Shown here one piece after another: positions 1 through 6,962 of a stretch of DNA of 10,171 bases. This DNA is from an uncultured Deferribacteres bacterium. GTDB taxonomy: Bacteria > Zhuqueibacterota > Zhuqueibacteria > Zhuqueibacterales > Geothermadaptataceae. Location: positions 1-10,171 of the forward strand of contig CAXHAT010000246.1 in NCBI GenBank assembly GCA_964014485.1. Reading direction: 5' to 3'. The translations under genes and the position numbers were made by a program. The notes beneath the pieces were generated by a model. It was given only the letters and a program-made list of their open reading frames with translations. It did not search any database and was not told the origin of the DNA. Positions within the stretch are counted from its first letter, which is position 1. The number at the start of each line of letters is the position of its first letter.

Positions 1-85
1 CAATCTCTGGATTGGGAGCGCAATTGTACTCGAAACTCCAGTTTCGAGTGAATTCATTGGCTCGAAGCCGGGGCTTGGGAATGAG
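1..85. repeat. Clustered short palindromes, REP/REPIN- or MITE-like extragenic repeat, truncated by the window start
   Basis: Three stem-loops in a row: CAATC-tctg-GATTG(GG) at 1-16; perfect 9-bp ACTCGAAAC-tcca-GTTTCGAGT at 28-49; AAGC-cggg-GCTT at 65-76. Related tails TTGGGAGCG (12-20) and TTGGGAATG (75-83) suggest a repeated unit. Confidence 0.6.
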
Positions 86-345
86 CCGCAATGAAGCGTT
101 GTTTGCGCTTGAGCCTCGGGAGAAGTTTTGCTGTGCGTAACATCAGTTCTTAACTTAAACCCGTTCCCATCTTCGTCCATCGCCTGCTTCAAAACGCCCC
201 ACACGCTTGGACGGCTTGCACTATGATTCGTCTTTAATTTTGTGTATGTTCAAATTGTTGCGCACCTTTCGCGCAAAAGTGAATCTCAGCTCTCCGCTCT
301 CAAGATTGATCAGACGCGCATCCTGAAATTTAAGCGTCCAAAATC

Positions 346-2628
346 ATGATAAAAACGCAGTCGTCTATTTTTTTCATCCTTATTTGTTGCTTTTTGGGGA
401 GCCTGCCGACAAGAGCGCAGCCGCAGGAAATCAATCGCGTTTTGACGCTCGCTGATTCATCTTTGGCCGTCGGTGAATTCGATCAAGCCAAGCGTTTTTA
501 TCGACAAGCGCTGCAATTGGACAAGCACTCGATCCGAGCATTAAACGCTTTGGGCGACGTTGCTTATGCGCAAGAAAAGTTCGGCGAGGCCGGCAGTTTT
601 TTCGCAAAGACGCTCGAAAATGATTCCGAAAATCTGTACGCCATTCTGCGCAGGGGCGCCTGTTATCGCGAACAGGGGAAATTCAAAGCCTTGATTTTGC
701 AAAAACTGGATTTTGACAAAGCTGAGCGTCACTTCGAAAGGGTGCTGGCGCGGGATTCAACTTTTCAAAACGTCCTTTTCGAATATGCTCAATTGCAACG
801 CTTACGAAAGAATTATCGTTCAGCGATCTCATGGGGCCGGGCGCAAAAACGTTTGCAACCAGGGACTCCAGCGGCAAACGCCGGCTTGCTCCGCCTTTAC
901 CGTTACTTCATCGACAATAGCAAGAAATCAAAAGTCAAAAACTGGCTTGAAACGCAATCGAACGAAGAAGCGCTTTGGGCGCTTGGTGAAACGCTTCGTT
1001 TGCAAGGGGACGTCGAATCAGCCTCAGAGATTTTCGAAGAATTGCTAAAAACAACCGCTTCGCTTCGGGAAACGCCGATCGTTCTTTCGCTCGCTAAAAT
1101 TCATTATCAGCAAAACAACTTGCAAGCAGGCGAAGCGGCGTTTTGGCGAGCGGTTAATCTGATTCAGGACAAGGCGGACGCTGAATTTGTCTTCGAAGAC
1201 GTCAAATATATTCTTTCGAATACTGAAATTCGAGAATATCAAGGATTGCGCAGCGCGGCGGAATACGGCGCTTTTTTCGAAAAAATCTGGCGCAAGCGCA
1301 ACCCGCTGCCGGCGTCCTCAAGTAACGCAAGACTGGCGGAGCATTATCGCCGCCTGCTGAAAGCTGAAAAAGATTACCAATTCGACGGCGTGCGTTCGTG
1401 GGTAAACAATCCCGACAAACTGGGGTACCTGAATTTTCCGCCAACGTACAAATTGAATGATCTTTTCAACGACAAGGGCCTGATTTACATCCGGCAGGGC
1501 GCCCCCGATGATCGCGCTTTCACCGTCAACGAATCTTCGGAAACGAATGAATCGTGGCGTTACTACCGTCGAGGCGCAACCCCGGAAATGGCGTTTCATT
1601 TTATGATCGACGCTTCGGCTTCAGGCAACAACTGGCGGCTAATCGCGCGCATCGACGATCCGCGTATCGCCGCTTCGCGCGCCGACTGGGGGCCGGAATA
1701 TCGCGACATTAACCGGCGGTCGCAATTGGGGCGCATTCAAGCGCGAGAACGTTTGGCGCAACAAAACAGCGAGCACGTCGATCGTGGTCTTTCAACCGAC
1801 CGACATCGCTGGAGCAAGAACGTCAAGCCGCTTGAGATTTCTTTCTTCACCGCCGCTTTTCGCGCTCCCAAAAAGCAAACCTCTTTCGAAATTTACTTCG
1901 ATATTCCTGTTAAAAAAGCGATCAAAACCCTTTCGAAAAGAAAACGACAGGTGATGATCGTTGAGCAAGGCATGGCGCTGCAAGATTCAAGTTGGAGCAA
2001 TCTTTCTCACACCGAGCTCCGCAAAACGATTAGCATCGATTCGCTGAAAAAAAACGCAGCTTCAGAAATTGTCGATTTTTTCCAGGCGGTGACGAATCCG
2101 GCGCAAAGGCGCGCCGCTTTCCACGCCAAGATTTTGGACACGGATTTTATCGGCGGCTACAATTTCCCGGTCAACATCCCTGCGTTTGCAGATGATTCGC
2201 TGGCATTAAGCGATGTTATAACCGCCGACGACGTTGCGCCCGACCGTGAGGGCGGCGTGGTAAAAAACGGCCTTTCAATTTTTCCGAACCCTTCGCGGCG
2301 CTACAAAAAATCACAGCCGGTCTTTCTCTATTTCGAAATCTATAATCTGGCCGTCGAGGCGGCTGGACAAACGAATTTTGAAATCGAATACTCGTTCACG
2401 ACGAAAAAATCACAGGGCGGAATAAAAAAGCTCTTCGGCGTTTTCGGCGGCGATCAAAAATCCATTGCCGTAACCAGTGAACGCAGCGGCGATCAGCAAA
2501 CATCTTTTGAATATATAGCGCTGGATTTGTCATCAGCGTCAAAAGGCGACTATTTGCTGACGGTCGTGGTTAGAGATAAGCACAGCCAAGTGCAGCGCGA
2601 GAAAGAAGTCGAAATATCGATTTATTGA
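346..2628 (+). CDS. Secreted TPR-repeat protein with GWxTD-like domain and C-terminal beta-sandwich region (760 aa)
   Basis: Signal peptide MIKTQSSIFFILICCFLGSLPTRA|Q. TPR-like helices (AKRFYRQALQLD, ALNALGDVAY, ALWALGETLR, AFWRAVNL). GWxTD-family context motifs IWRKRNPLP..N...EHYRRL..A, DKGLIYIRQGAPD and ESWRYY. C-terminal LALSD, PNPSRRY, LYFEIYNL and GDYLLTVVVRD segments typical of GWxTD proteins. Confidence 0.8.
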   Translation: MIKTQSSIFFILICCFLGSLPTRAQPQEINRVLTLADSSLAVGEFDQAKRFYRQALQLDKHSIRALNALGDVAYAQEKFGEAGSFFAKTLENDSENLYAILRRGACYREQGKFKALILQKLDFDKAERHFERVLARDSTFQNVLFEYAQLQRLRKNYRSAISWGRAQKRLQPGTPAANAGLLRLYRYFIDNSKKSKVKNWLETQSNEEALWALGETLRLQGDVESASEIFEELLKTTASLRETPIVLSLAKIHYQQNNLQAGEAAFWRAVNLIQDKADAEFVFEDVKYILSNTEIREYQGLRSAAEYGAFFEKIWRKRNPLPASSSNARLAEHYRRLLKAEKDYQFDGVRSWVNNPDKLGYLNFPPTYKLNDLFNDKGLIYIRQGAPDDRAFTVNESSETNESWRYYRRGATPEMAFHFMIDASASGNNWRLIARIDDPRIAASRADWGPEYRDINRRSQLGRIQARERLAQQNSEHVDRGLSTDRHRWSKNVKPLEISFFTAAFRAPKKQTSFEIYFDIPVKKAIKTLSKRKRQVMIVEQGMALQDSSWSNLSHTELRKTISIDSLKKNAASEIVDFFQAVTNPAQRRAAFHAKILDTDFIGGYNFPVNIPAFADDSLALSDVITADDVAPDREGGVVKNGLSIFPNPSRRYKKSQPVFLYFEIYNLAVEAAGQTNFEIEYSFTTKKSQGGIKKLFGVFGGDQKSIAVTSERSGDQQTSFEYIALDLSSASKGDYLLTVVVRDKHSQVQREKEVEISIY

Positions 2629-2741
2629 ACCGAGTCTTTCGGGAAAGAGCCGAAACGTTTGATTTTCTGAAAGTTGTGTTTTTATTTGAGAGCGGGTTCA
2701 AACATGCTTATTTTTCAAAAACTACCGTCTCCTCGAAATCG

Positions 2742-3575
2742 ATGAAGCTGCTCTCCATCGTTCCAATTCTCTTCGTCTTGCTTTCCTGCGACAAATCACC
2801 GCAGCCCAAAACGCAAGCGGTGATTAATTCCGAACAACCGGCGTCCGACGCTATTGTTGTAGACTTGGTTGAACGCAACGCACTCGGAGAGTTTTCGGAA
2901 ACGCGTGAAATCGCATTTCATGATCCGATTTACGGCAAGGAAAAACGATTCTCAGGCTTTTCGCTGAGAGCGCTTTTGCATGAGATTCTTGCAAAAAACG
3001 ACGCCGACACGACTGGATTGCAGATATTTTTTCAATGCGTTGACGGCTATTCGCCGTCGATGCCATTGAGCAAGGCATTGGCCGCGGACGGATGGATTGC
3101 AACACAAGACCTTTCATCGGATTCGCCCGGCGCCTGGGAGCCAATTCCGCACGGCAAGGAATTCATCTCGCCTGCGCCGTTTTACCTCGTCTGGCCGGAA
3201 ATAGAACAAGCGGATCGAGGCTACCCGCGGCCGTATCAATTGACGACGCTTCGGATGACGGCGAGCATGTCGATTTATGACGGCGCTTCCCCCGGAGACG
3301 ACGTCCGCGCAATGAGAGGATTCGAAACTTTTAAAAAAGAATGCGTAAGTTGCCATTCTATCAACCTCGTCGGCGGCAGCGTCGGGCCAGAGCTGAACGC
3401 ACCCAAACACATTACTGAATATTGGAAAATTGACGATATTCGGCGGTTTATCCGAAACCCGGCGAGCTATCGCGCCCGCAATAAAATGTCCGCTTTTCCA
3501 CATTTAACCGAACCGGAAATGGATGATTTGCTCTATTATATTGAAGCAATGAAATATCGAAAAATTCAATTCTGA
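2742..3575 (+). CDS. Lipoprotein with N-terminal molybdopterin-oxidoreductase-like domain and C-terminal class I monoheme cytochrome c (277 aa from ATG 2742)
   Basis: ATG 2742 gives a lipoprotein signal MKLLSIVPILFVLLS|C (Cys codon 2787-2789). Single CxxCH (CVSCH, 3342-3356) followed by GGSVGPELN and distal Met KMSAF (3486-3488). N-domain motifs FSGFSLRALL, CVDGYSPSMPL and PAPFYLVWP..YPRPYQL. The ORF-track TTG start at 2625 adds 39 residues in front of the signal peptide. Confidence 0.8.
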   Translation: MKLLSIVPILFVLLSCDKSPQPKTQAVINSEQPASDAIVVDLVERNALGEFSETREIAFHDPIYGKEKRFSGFSLRALLHEILAKNDADTTGLQIFFQCVDGYSPSMPLSKALAADGWIATQDLSSDSPGAWEPIPHGKEFISPAPFYLVWPEIEQADRGYPRPYQLTTLRMTASMSIYDGASPGDDVRAMRGFETFKKECVSCHSINLVGGSVGPELNAPKHITEYWKIDDIRRFIRNPASYRARNKMSAFPHLTEPEMDDLLYYIEAMKYRKIQF

Positions 3576-3599
3576 CCATAAACAAACAAGGTTCTATCG

Positions 3600-4562
3600 A
3601 TGAACGCACTCGAAGTTCGAAATCTCAGTAAATCCTTTGGCAAGCTGCAAGCTGTGAAAGACGTTTCGTTTGAAATCCCGGAAGGCGCCGTCTTTGGCCT
3701 CATTGGCCGCAACGGCGCCGGCAAAACGACAACGATTCGCATGATGATGAATATTATCGGCCCGGACAACGGCGAGGTCATTTTTCGGGGGAACAAGGTT
3801 GGGCAGGAATTCCGCAACCGCGTCGGCTACCTGCCTGAAGAACGCGGGCTTTATCCCAAAATGCGCGTACTTGACACGCTGCTTTTTTTCACTGAGCTCA
3901 AAGGTAAAAAAGCGTCTGAGATCAAGCCCAAAGCCATGGAATATTTAGAGCGTTTTGACCTCGCCGACCGCAAGCTCTCCAAAATGCAGGACTTGTCAAA
4001 AGGCAATCAACAGAAAATCCAGTTTATCACTTCCATTCTTTCCGACCCGGAATTCATCATCCTCGACGAGCCGTTTTCCGGTCTCGACCCAATCAACACA
4101 AACCTGCTCAAAGACATCATTCTCGATCTCAAAAAGCAAGGCAAGGTCATCATTTTCTCGACGCATCTGATGGATTTTGCCGAACGCATGTGCGAACATA
4201 TCGCCCTGATCCACGAAGGTGAGTTGATCGTCAAAGGCGCGTTGACCGAGATCAAGAAAAAATACAGCCAGCGAAACGTAAGCTTGGTCTATGAAGGCGA
4301 TATTTCATTTTTGCGAGAAAGCGAGATTGTCGAGAGCGTGGAAGAATTCGGTAATACGACGGGCGTGCGCGTCAAGGAGACGTCGCAAATTCAGGACTTG
4401 CTCAAAATGCTGATTGAGAAAAACGTCGTCGTAAAAAAATTCGACGCCAATGATATTTCCCTGCATGAAATTTTCGTCTCGCTGGCCGGCGACGGCATTA
4501 GGTCCGGAGCGAATGAATTGATTCGCGAAGAAGATTTGGTCGGGGATATCGCTTTTAATTGA
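3600..4562 (+). CDS. ABC-2 type transporter ATP-binding subunit (NatA/YhaQ-like, DUF4162-type C-terminus)
   Basis: Walker A GRNGAGKTT, Q-loop GYLPEERGLY, signature variant LSKGNQQK, Walker B IILDEPFSGLDP, H-loop FSTH, C-terminal SLHEIF motif. AAGG SD-like sequence upstream. Confidence 0.93.
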   Translation: MNALEVRNLSKSFGKLQAVKDVSFEIPEGAVFGLIGRNGAGKTTTIRMMMNIIGPDNGEVIFRGNKVGQEFRNRVGYLPEERGLYPKMRVLDTLLFFTELKGKKASEIKPKAMEYLERFDLADRKLSKMQDLSKGNQQKIQFITSILSDPEFIILDEPFSGLDPINTNLLKDIILDLKKQGKVIIFSTHLMDFAERMCEHIALIHEGELIVKGALTEIKKKYSQRNVSLVYEGDISFLRESEIVESVEEFGNTTGVRVKETSQIQDLLKMLIEKNVVVKKFDANDISLHEIFVSLAGDGIRSGANELIREEDLVGDIAFN

Positions 4563-4631
4563 GCGTTGTTTCGCTTATCTTTTTGATAATATTTTGCTCA
4601 AGACAAGCTTTCAAATGCGGAGACCATTGAC

Positions 4632-5234
4632 ATGGGACAAGCGCAGAAATCAACAAACCCGCTAACGCCCGAAGAGTATCTCGCTCTCGAAAGAGAAGCG
4701 GGCTATAAAAGCGAGTATTATGCAGGCGAAATCTTTGCGATGGCGGGAGCGAGCATTGCACACAGCCTCATTTGCGTTAATATTAGCTCGGAACTTCGGG
4801 CGCAGCTAAAAAAGAAGCCATGCCGAGTCTTCAATAGCGACATGCGCGCCAAGGTTGAAGCGAGCGGGCTTTATACTTACCCGGACGTCAGTGTTGTTTG
4901 CGGCGAAGCGCGGTTTGACGACAATGTTTTTGACACCTTGCTCAATCCTGTACTCATCGTCGAAGTGCTTTCGAAAAGCACGGAAGGCTACGACAGAGGC
5001 GTAAAATTCAAACATTATCGCCAAATTGACTCGCTGAAGGAATATGTGCTGGTTTCGCAAGACCATCAACGATTGGAGCGGTTTGAGCGCAAGAGCGCGA
5101 CGGAATGGCTTTTCTCGGAAGCCTGGCGGCCTGAGGACAAGCTGACGCTTTCTTCCATCGGCTGCTCGCTCTCAATTGAAGAAGTTTACGATAAAGTTGA
5201 ATTAAATACAGACGAGGAGAGAATTCATGATTAA
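4632..5234 (+). CDS. Uma2 family (DUF820) PD-(D/E)xK-like endonuclease
   Basis: Typical motifs TPEEYLALE..KSEYYAGEIFAMAGAS..H, YPDVSVVCG, NPVLIVEVLSKSTEGYDRGVKF..YRQIDSLKEYVLVSQ and IEEVYDKV. GGAG SD at 4619-4622. Confidence 0.93.
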   Translation: MGQAQKSTNPLTPEEYLALEREAGYKSEYYAGEIFAMAGASIAHSLICVNISSELRAQLKKKPCRVFNSDMRAKVEASGLYTYPDVSVVCGEARFDDNVFDTLLNPVLIVEVLSKSTEGYDRGVKFKHYRQIDSLKEYVLVSQDHQRLERFERKSATEWLFSEAWRPEDKLTLSSIGCSLSIEEVYDKVELNTDEERIHD

Positions 5235-6501
5235 TAACCGAACGCTCGCGGTGATCAAGCGCGAGATAAAAGCCCAGATCATGTCGAAGGCGTTTATCAT
5301 CATGACGATTTTGATGCCTTTGCTCTGGTTCGGTTTTATAGGAATGCAAGCCTTGTTCGCTTCTTTTGAAGGATCGGGGAAAGTCAATCTCGTGATCGTT
5401 ACAGAATCTGAGCAGATCAGCTCGAGCTTGCAGCAAGAATTGGCGGAGAAAGATTTTGTGCAAAGCGGGCAATATAAAATCGACTATCAAGTCAAGCCCG
5501 GTTCAGAGTTTGACGCTTACCACGAATCCTTGAAACAAGACTTGCTTGGCGATAAAATCACCGGACTCATCCTTTTACCGGATTCCATCCGCTATGACAA
5601 GGAAGGATTTTACATCTCATCAAATCCAACCAATTTTAATGTGATTTCGCGCATCGAACGCTCGGTCAACAAGGTGCTCAACGACCAATATTTCGCGGAT
5701 AAAAACGTCAACTCGGAAGATTTGGCCTATGCGCGCCAAAACGTTGATCTCGAAGGCGTTCGGGAAACCGAAGAAGGCTCGCAGGTGGAGGGCGCCGGCA
5801 ATCTTGTGCTCGCCGGCATTTTTACCATGCTGCTTTATATCAGCCTGCTCGTCATCGGGCAAACTTTGATGATGGCGGTGAATGAAGAGAAGAATAACAA
5901 AGTGATCGAGATTTTGCTGTCTTCGGTCAATTCGAAGGAATTAATGGCGGGAAAAATTGTGGGCACCGCGCTGACCGGCCTGACGCAGATGTTAATCTGG
6001 GTTCTGCCAATGGCGATCATCTCGATGGGTTCATTCGGCCTTGCCGCATCACTTGCCGATATAAATTTGAATCTGGATTTCGGAAAACTGGCCTATTTTT
6101 TCCTGAACTACGTCATCGGCCTCGTGATGTATTTGAGCCTTTTTGCAGCGATGGGCAGTATTTTTGAAAACCAGCAGGACGCACAGTCCGGCATCTGGCC
6201 GGTCATGCTGCTGGTCATCGTGCCGTTCTTCATGGCCTTTACCATGATTCGCGACCCGGCGAACATCATCGCAGAAGTCTTCTCGATGGTACCTTTCACT
6301 TCGATCATGATCATGCCTGCGCGCATGACGCTCATCGACGTCCCAATCTGGCAATTCGCTGTCGCAGTCGGGGCAAACGTGGTGACGCTCTACTTTGTTG
6401 TGTTAATGGCGGCGAAGATTTATCGGGTCGGCATACTCATCTCCGGCAAAAGACCGACTTGGCCGGAAATTTATAGGTGGCTTCGTTACGATTATTCATA
6501 A
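5227..6501 (+). CDS. ABC-2 type transporter permease (NatB/YhaP-like)
   Basis: N-terminal KRE....SKAFII TM segment, large extracytoplasmic loop, conserved EEKNNKVIEILLSSV...LMAGKIVG, five further hydrophobic helices, C-terminal AAKIYRVGIL..GKRP. SD GAGGAG at 5214-5219. Confidence 0.92.
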   Translation: MINNRTLAVIKREIKAQIMSKAFIIMTILMPLLWFGFIGMQALFASFEGSGKVNLVIVTESEQISSSLQQELAEKDFVQSGQYKIDYQVKPGSEFDAYHESLKQDLLGDKITGLILLPDSIRYDKEGFYISSNPTNFNVISRIERSVNKVLNDQYFADKNVNSEDLAYARQNVDLEGVRETEEGSQVEGAGNLVLAGIFTMLLYISLLVIGQTLMMAVNEEKNNKVIEILLSSVNSKELMAGKIVGTALTGLTQMLIWVLPMAIISMGSFGLAASLADINLNLDFGKLAYFFLNYVIGLVMYLSLFAAMGSIFENQQDAQSGIWPVMLLVIVPFFMAFTMIRDPANIIAEVFSMVPFTSIMIMPARMTLIDVPIWQFAVAVGANVVTLYFVVLMAAKIYRVGILISGKRPTWPEIYRWLRYDYS

Positions 6502-6520
6502 GCCAAGCGATACGAATCGT

Positions 6521-6575
6521 AAAAGAACGGCGGGAGCGCTTCAGGACTTAATTGCTGAGTTCGCTCGCGCCTTTG
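6521..6575 (-). terminator. Putative intrinsic terminator, best on the minus strand, possibly bidirectional
   Basis: GC-rich stem GGCGGGAGCG (6529-6538) / CGCTCGCGCC (6562-6571) with 9/10 pairs plus inner TCAG/CTGA. Followed by GTTCTTTT on the minus strand (6528-6521) and only TTTGT on the plus strand. Confidence 0.55.
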
Positions 6576-6585
6576 TCGTCATGGT

Positions 6586-6657
6586 TTAGCGCCCGAGCAC
6601 TTCAAGTGCAAATGAGAGCAAGGAGCACAAACACAAAACCACGATTATTTCGATCAT
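6586..6657 (-). CDS. Putative 23-aa hydrophobic small protein MIEIIVVLCLCSLLSFALEVLGR (single TM helix-like)
   Basis: Manual translation: ATG 6657-6655 to TAA 6588-6586. SD GAGGT (6668-6664) lies 6 nt before the ATG. Uncharged core IIVVLCLCSLLSFAL. Terminator-like hairpin begins 15 nt downstream of the stop. Too short for the ORF track. Confidence 0.5.
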   Translation of the reverse strand: MIEIIVVLCLCSLLSFALEVLGR

Positions 6658-6686
6658 CAATCTACCTCAGTTGCAAATCTATCATG

Positions 6687-6700
6687 TTGATTTGAATCGA
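6687..6700. promoter_or_regulatory. Possible FNR/CRP-family operator
   Basis: TTGAT-ttga-ATCGA matches the FNR consensus TTGAT-N4-ATCAA at 9/10 positions, about 30 nt upstream of the small ORF start. Confidence 0.25.
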
Positions 6701-6775
6701 AATGAAAATCCATTTTCAAGTCGCATGGATACAAAGACCAGGCCATTTTTTCCTTTTGCGGGCTTTGCGCAGAAA

Positions 6776-6837
6776 TTTGCGAAAATGCTTCTTTTTTAAG
6801 TATTTAGGCTCAATTTTGAGCAATTACTTTTCGCAAA
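6776..6837. repeat. Nested inverted repeats
   Basis: Perfect 10-bp arms TTTGCGAAAA (6776-6785) / TTTTCGCAAA (6828-6837) enclosing GCTCAA-tt-TTGAGC (6808-6821). Confidence 0.7.
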
Positions 6838-6844
6838 ACATACT
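6816..6844 (+). promoter_or_regulatory. Putative sigma70-type promoter for the aminotransferase-LytS-LytTR operon
   Basis: TTGAGC (6816-6821), 17-nt spacer, CATACT (6839-6844); 4/6 match to each consensus hexamer. Confidence 0.35.
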
Positions 6845-6962
6845 CTGACGCTAATCTGTCGCCCGTAAATGTCTATGCGGCGTAACACTGTCTCATATTC
6901 GCTACAAATTGGAACGGCCTCAAACTCGGATCAAATCAATACGTTTTCTTGAAAGGAATGGC

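Noticed and set aside
1..85. CRISPR array
   Set aside because: The hairpins are not identical direct repeats with regular unique spacers, and no cas genes are present.
1..180. Minus-strand frame open from ATG 180 to the window edge (MDEDGNGFKLRTD...)
   Set aside because: Runs through the palindromic repeat, has no convincing SD and no recognisable motif.
2625..2741. ORF-track TTG start for the cytochrome c gene
   Set aside because: It buries an otherwise clean lipoprotein signal peptide that starts at ATG 2742; the extra stretch is AT-rich and looks intergenic.
3994..4017. Non-canonical ABC signature LSKGNQQK as a sign of inactivation
   Set aside because: This variant is normal for the YhaQ/NatA-like subfamily; Walker A, Walker B and H-loop are intact.
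6541..6582. Second tiny minus-strand ORF MTTKARANSAIKS
   Set aside because: Lies within the terminator-like hairpin, has no clear SD and no compositional signal.
6597..6609. Palindrome GCACTT-c-AAGTGC
   Set aside because: Short, single and inside the small ORF; no independent support as a site.
6611..6672. Glycine riboswitch-like words (GAGAG, AAGGAGCA, CTCAG) upstream of a glycine-producing enzyme
   Set aside because: No room for the P2 stem between the words, no CTCTCAGG, about 300 nt from the ATG and upstream of the candidate promoter. Better explained as the antisense of the small hydrophobic ORF. An Rfam cmscan would settle it.
6909..6962. ORF-track TTG start for the aminotransferase
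   Set aside because: ATG 6963 has an AAAGGA SD and gives a length typical of the family.
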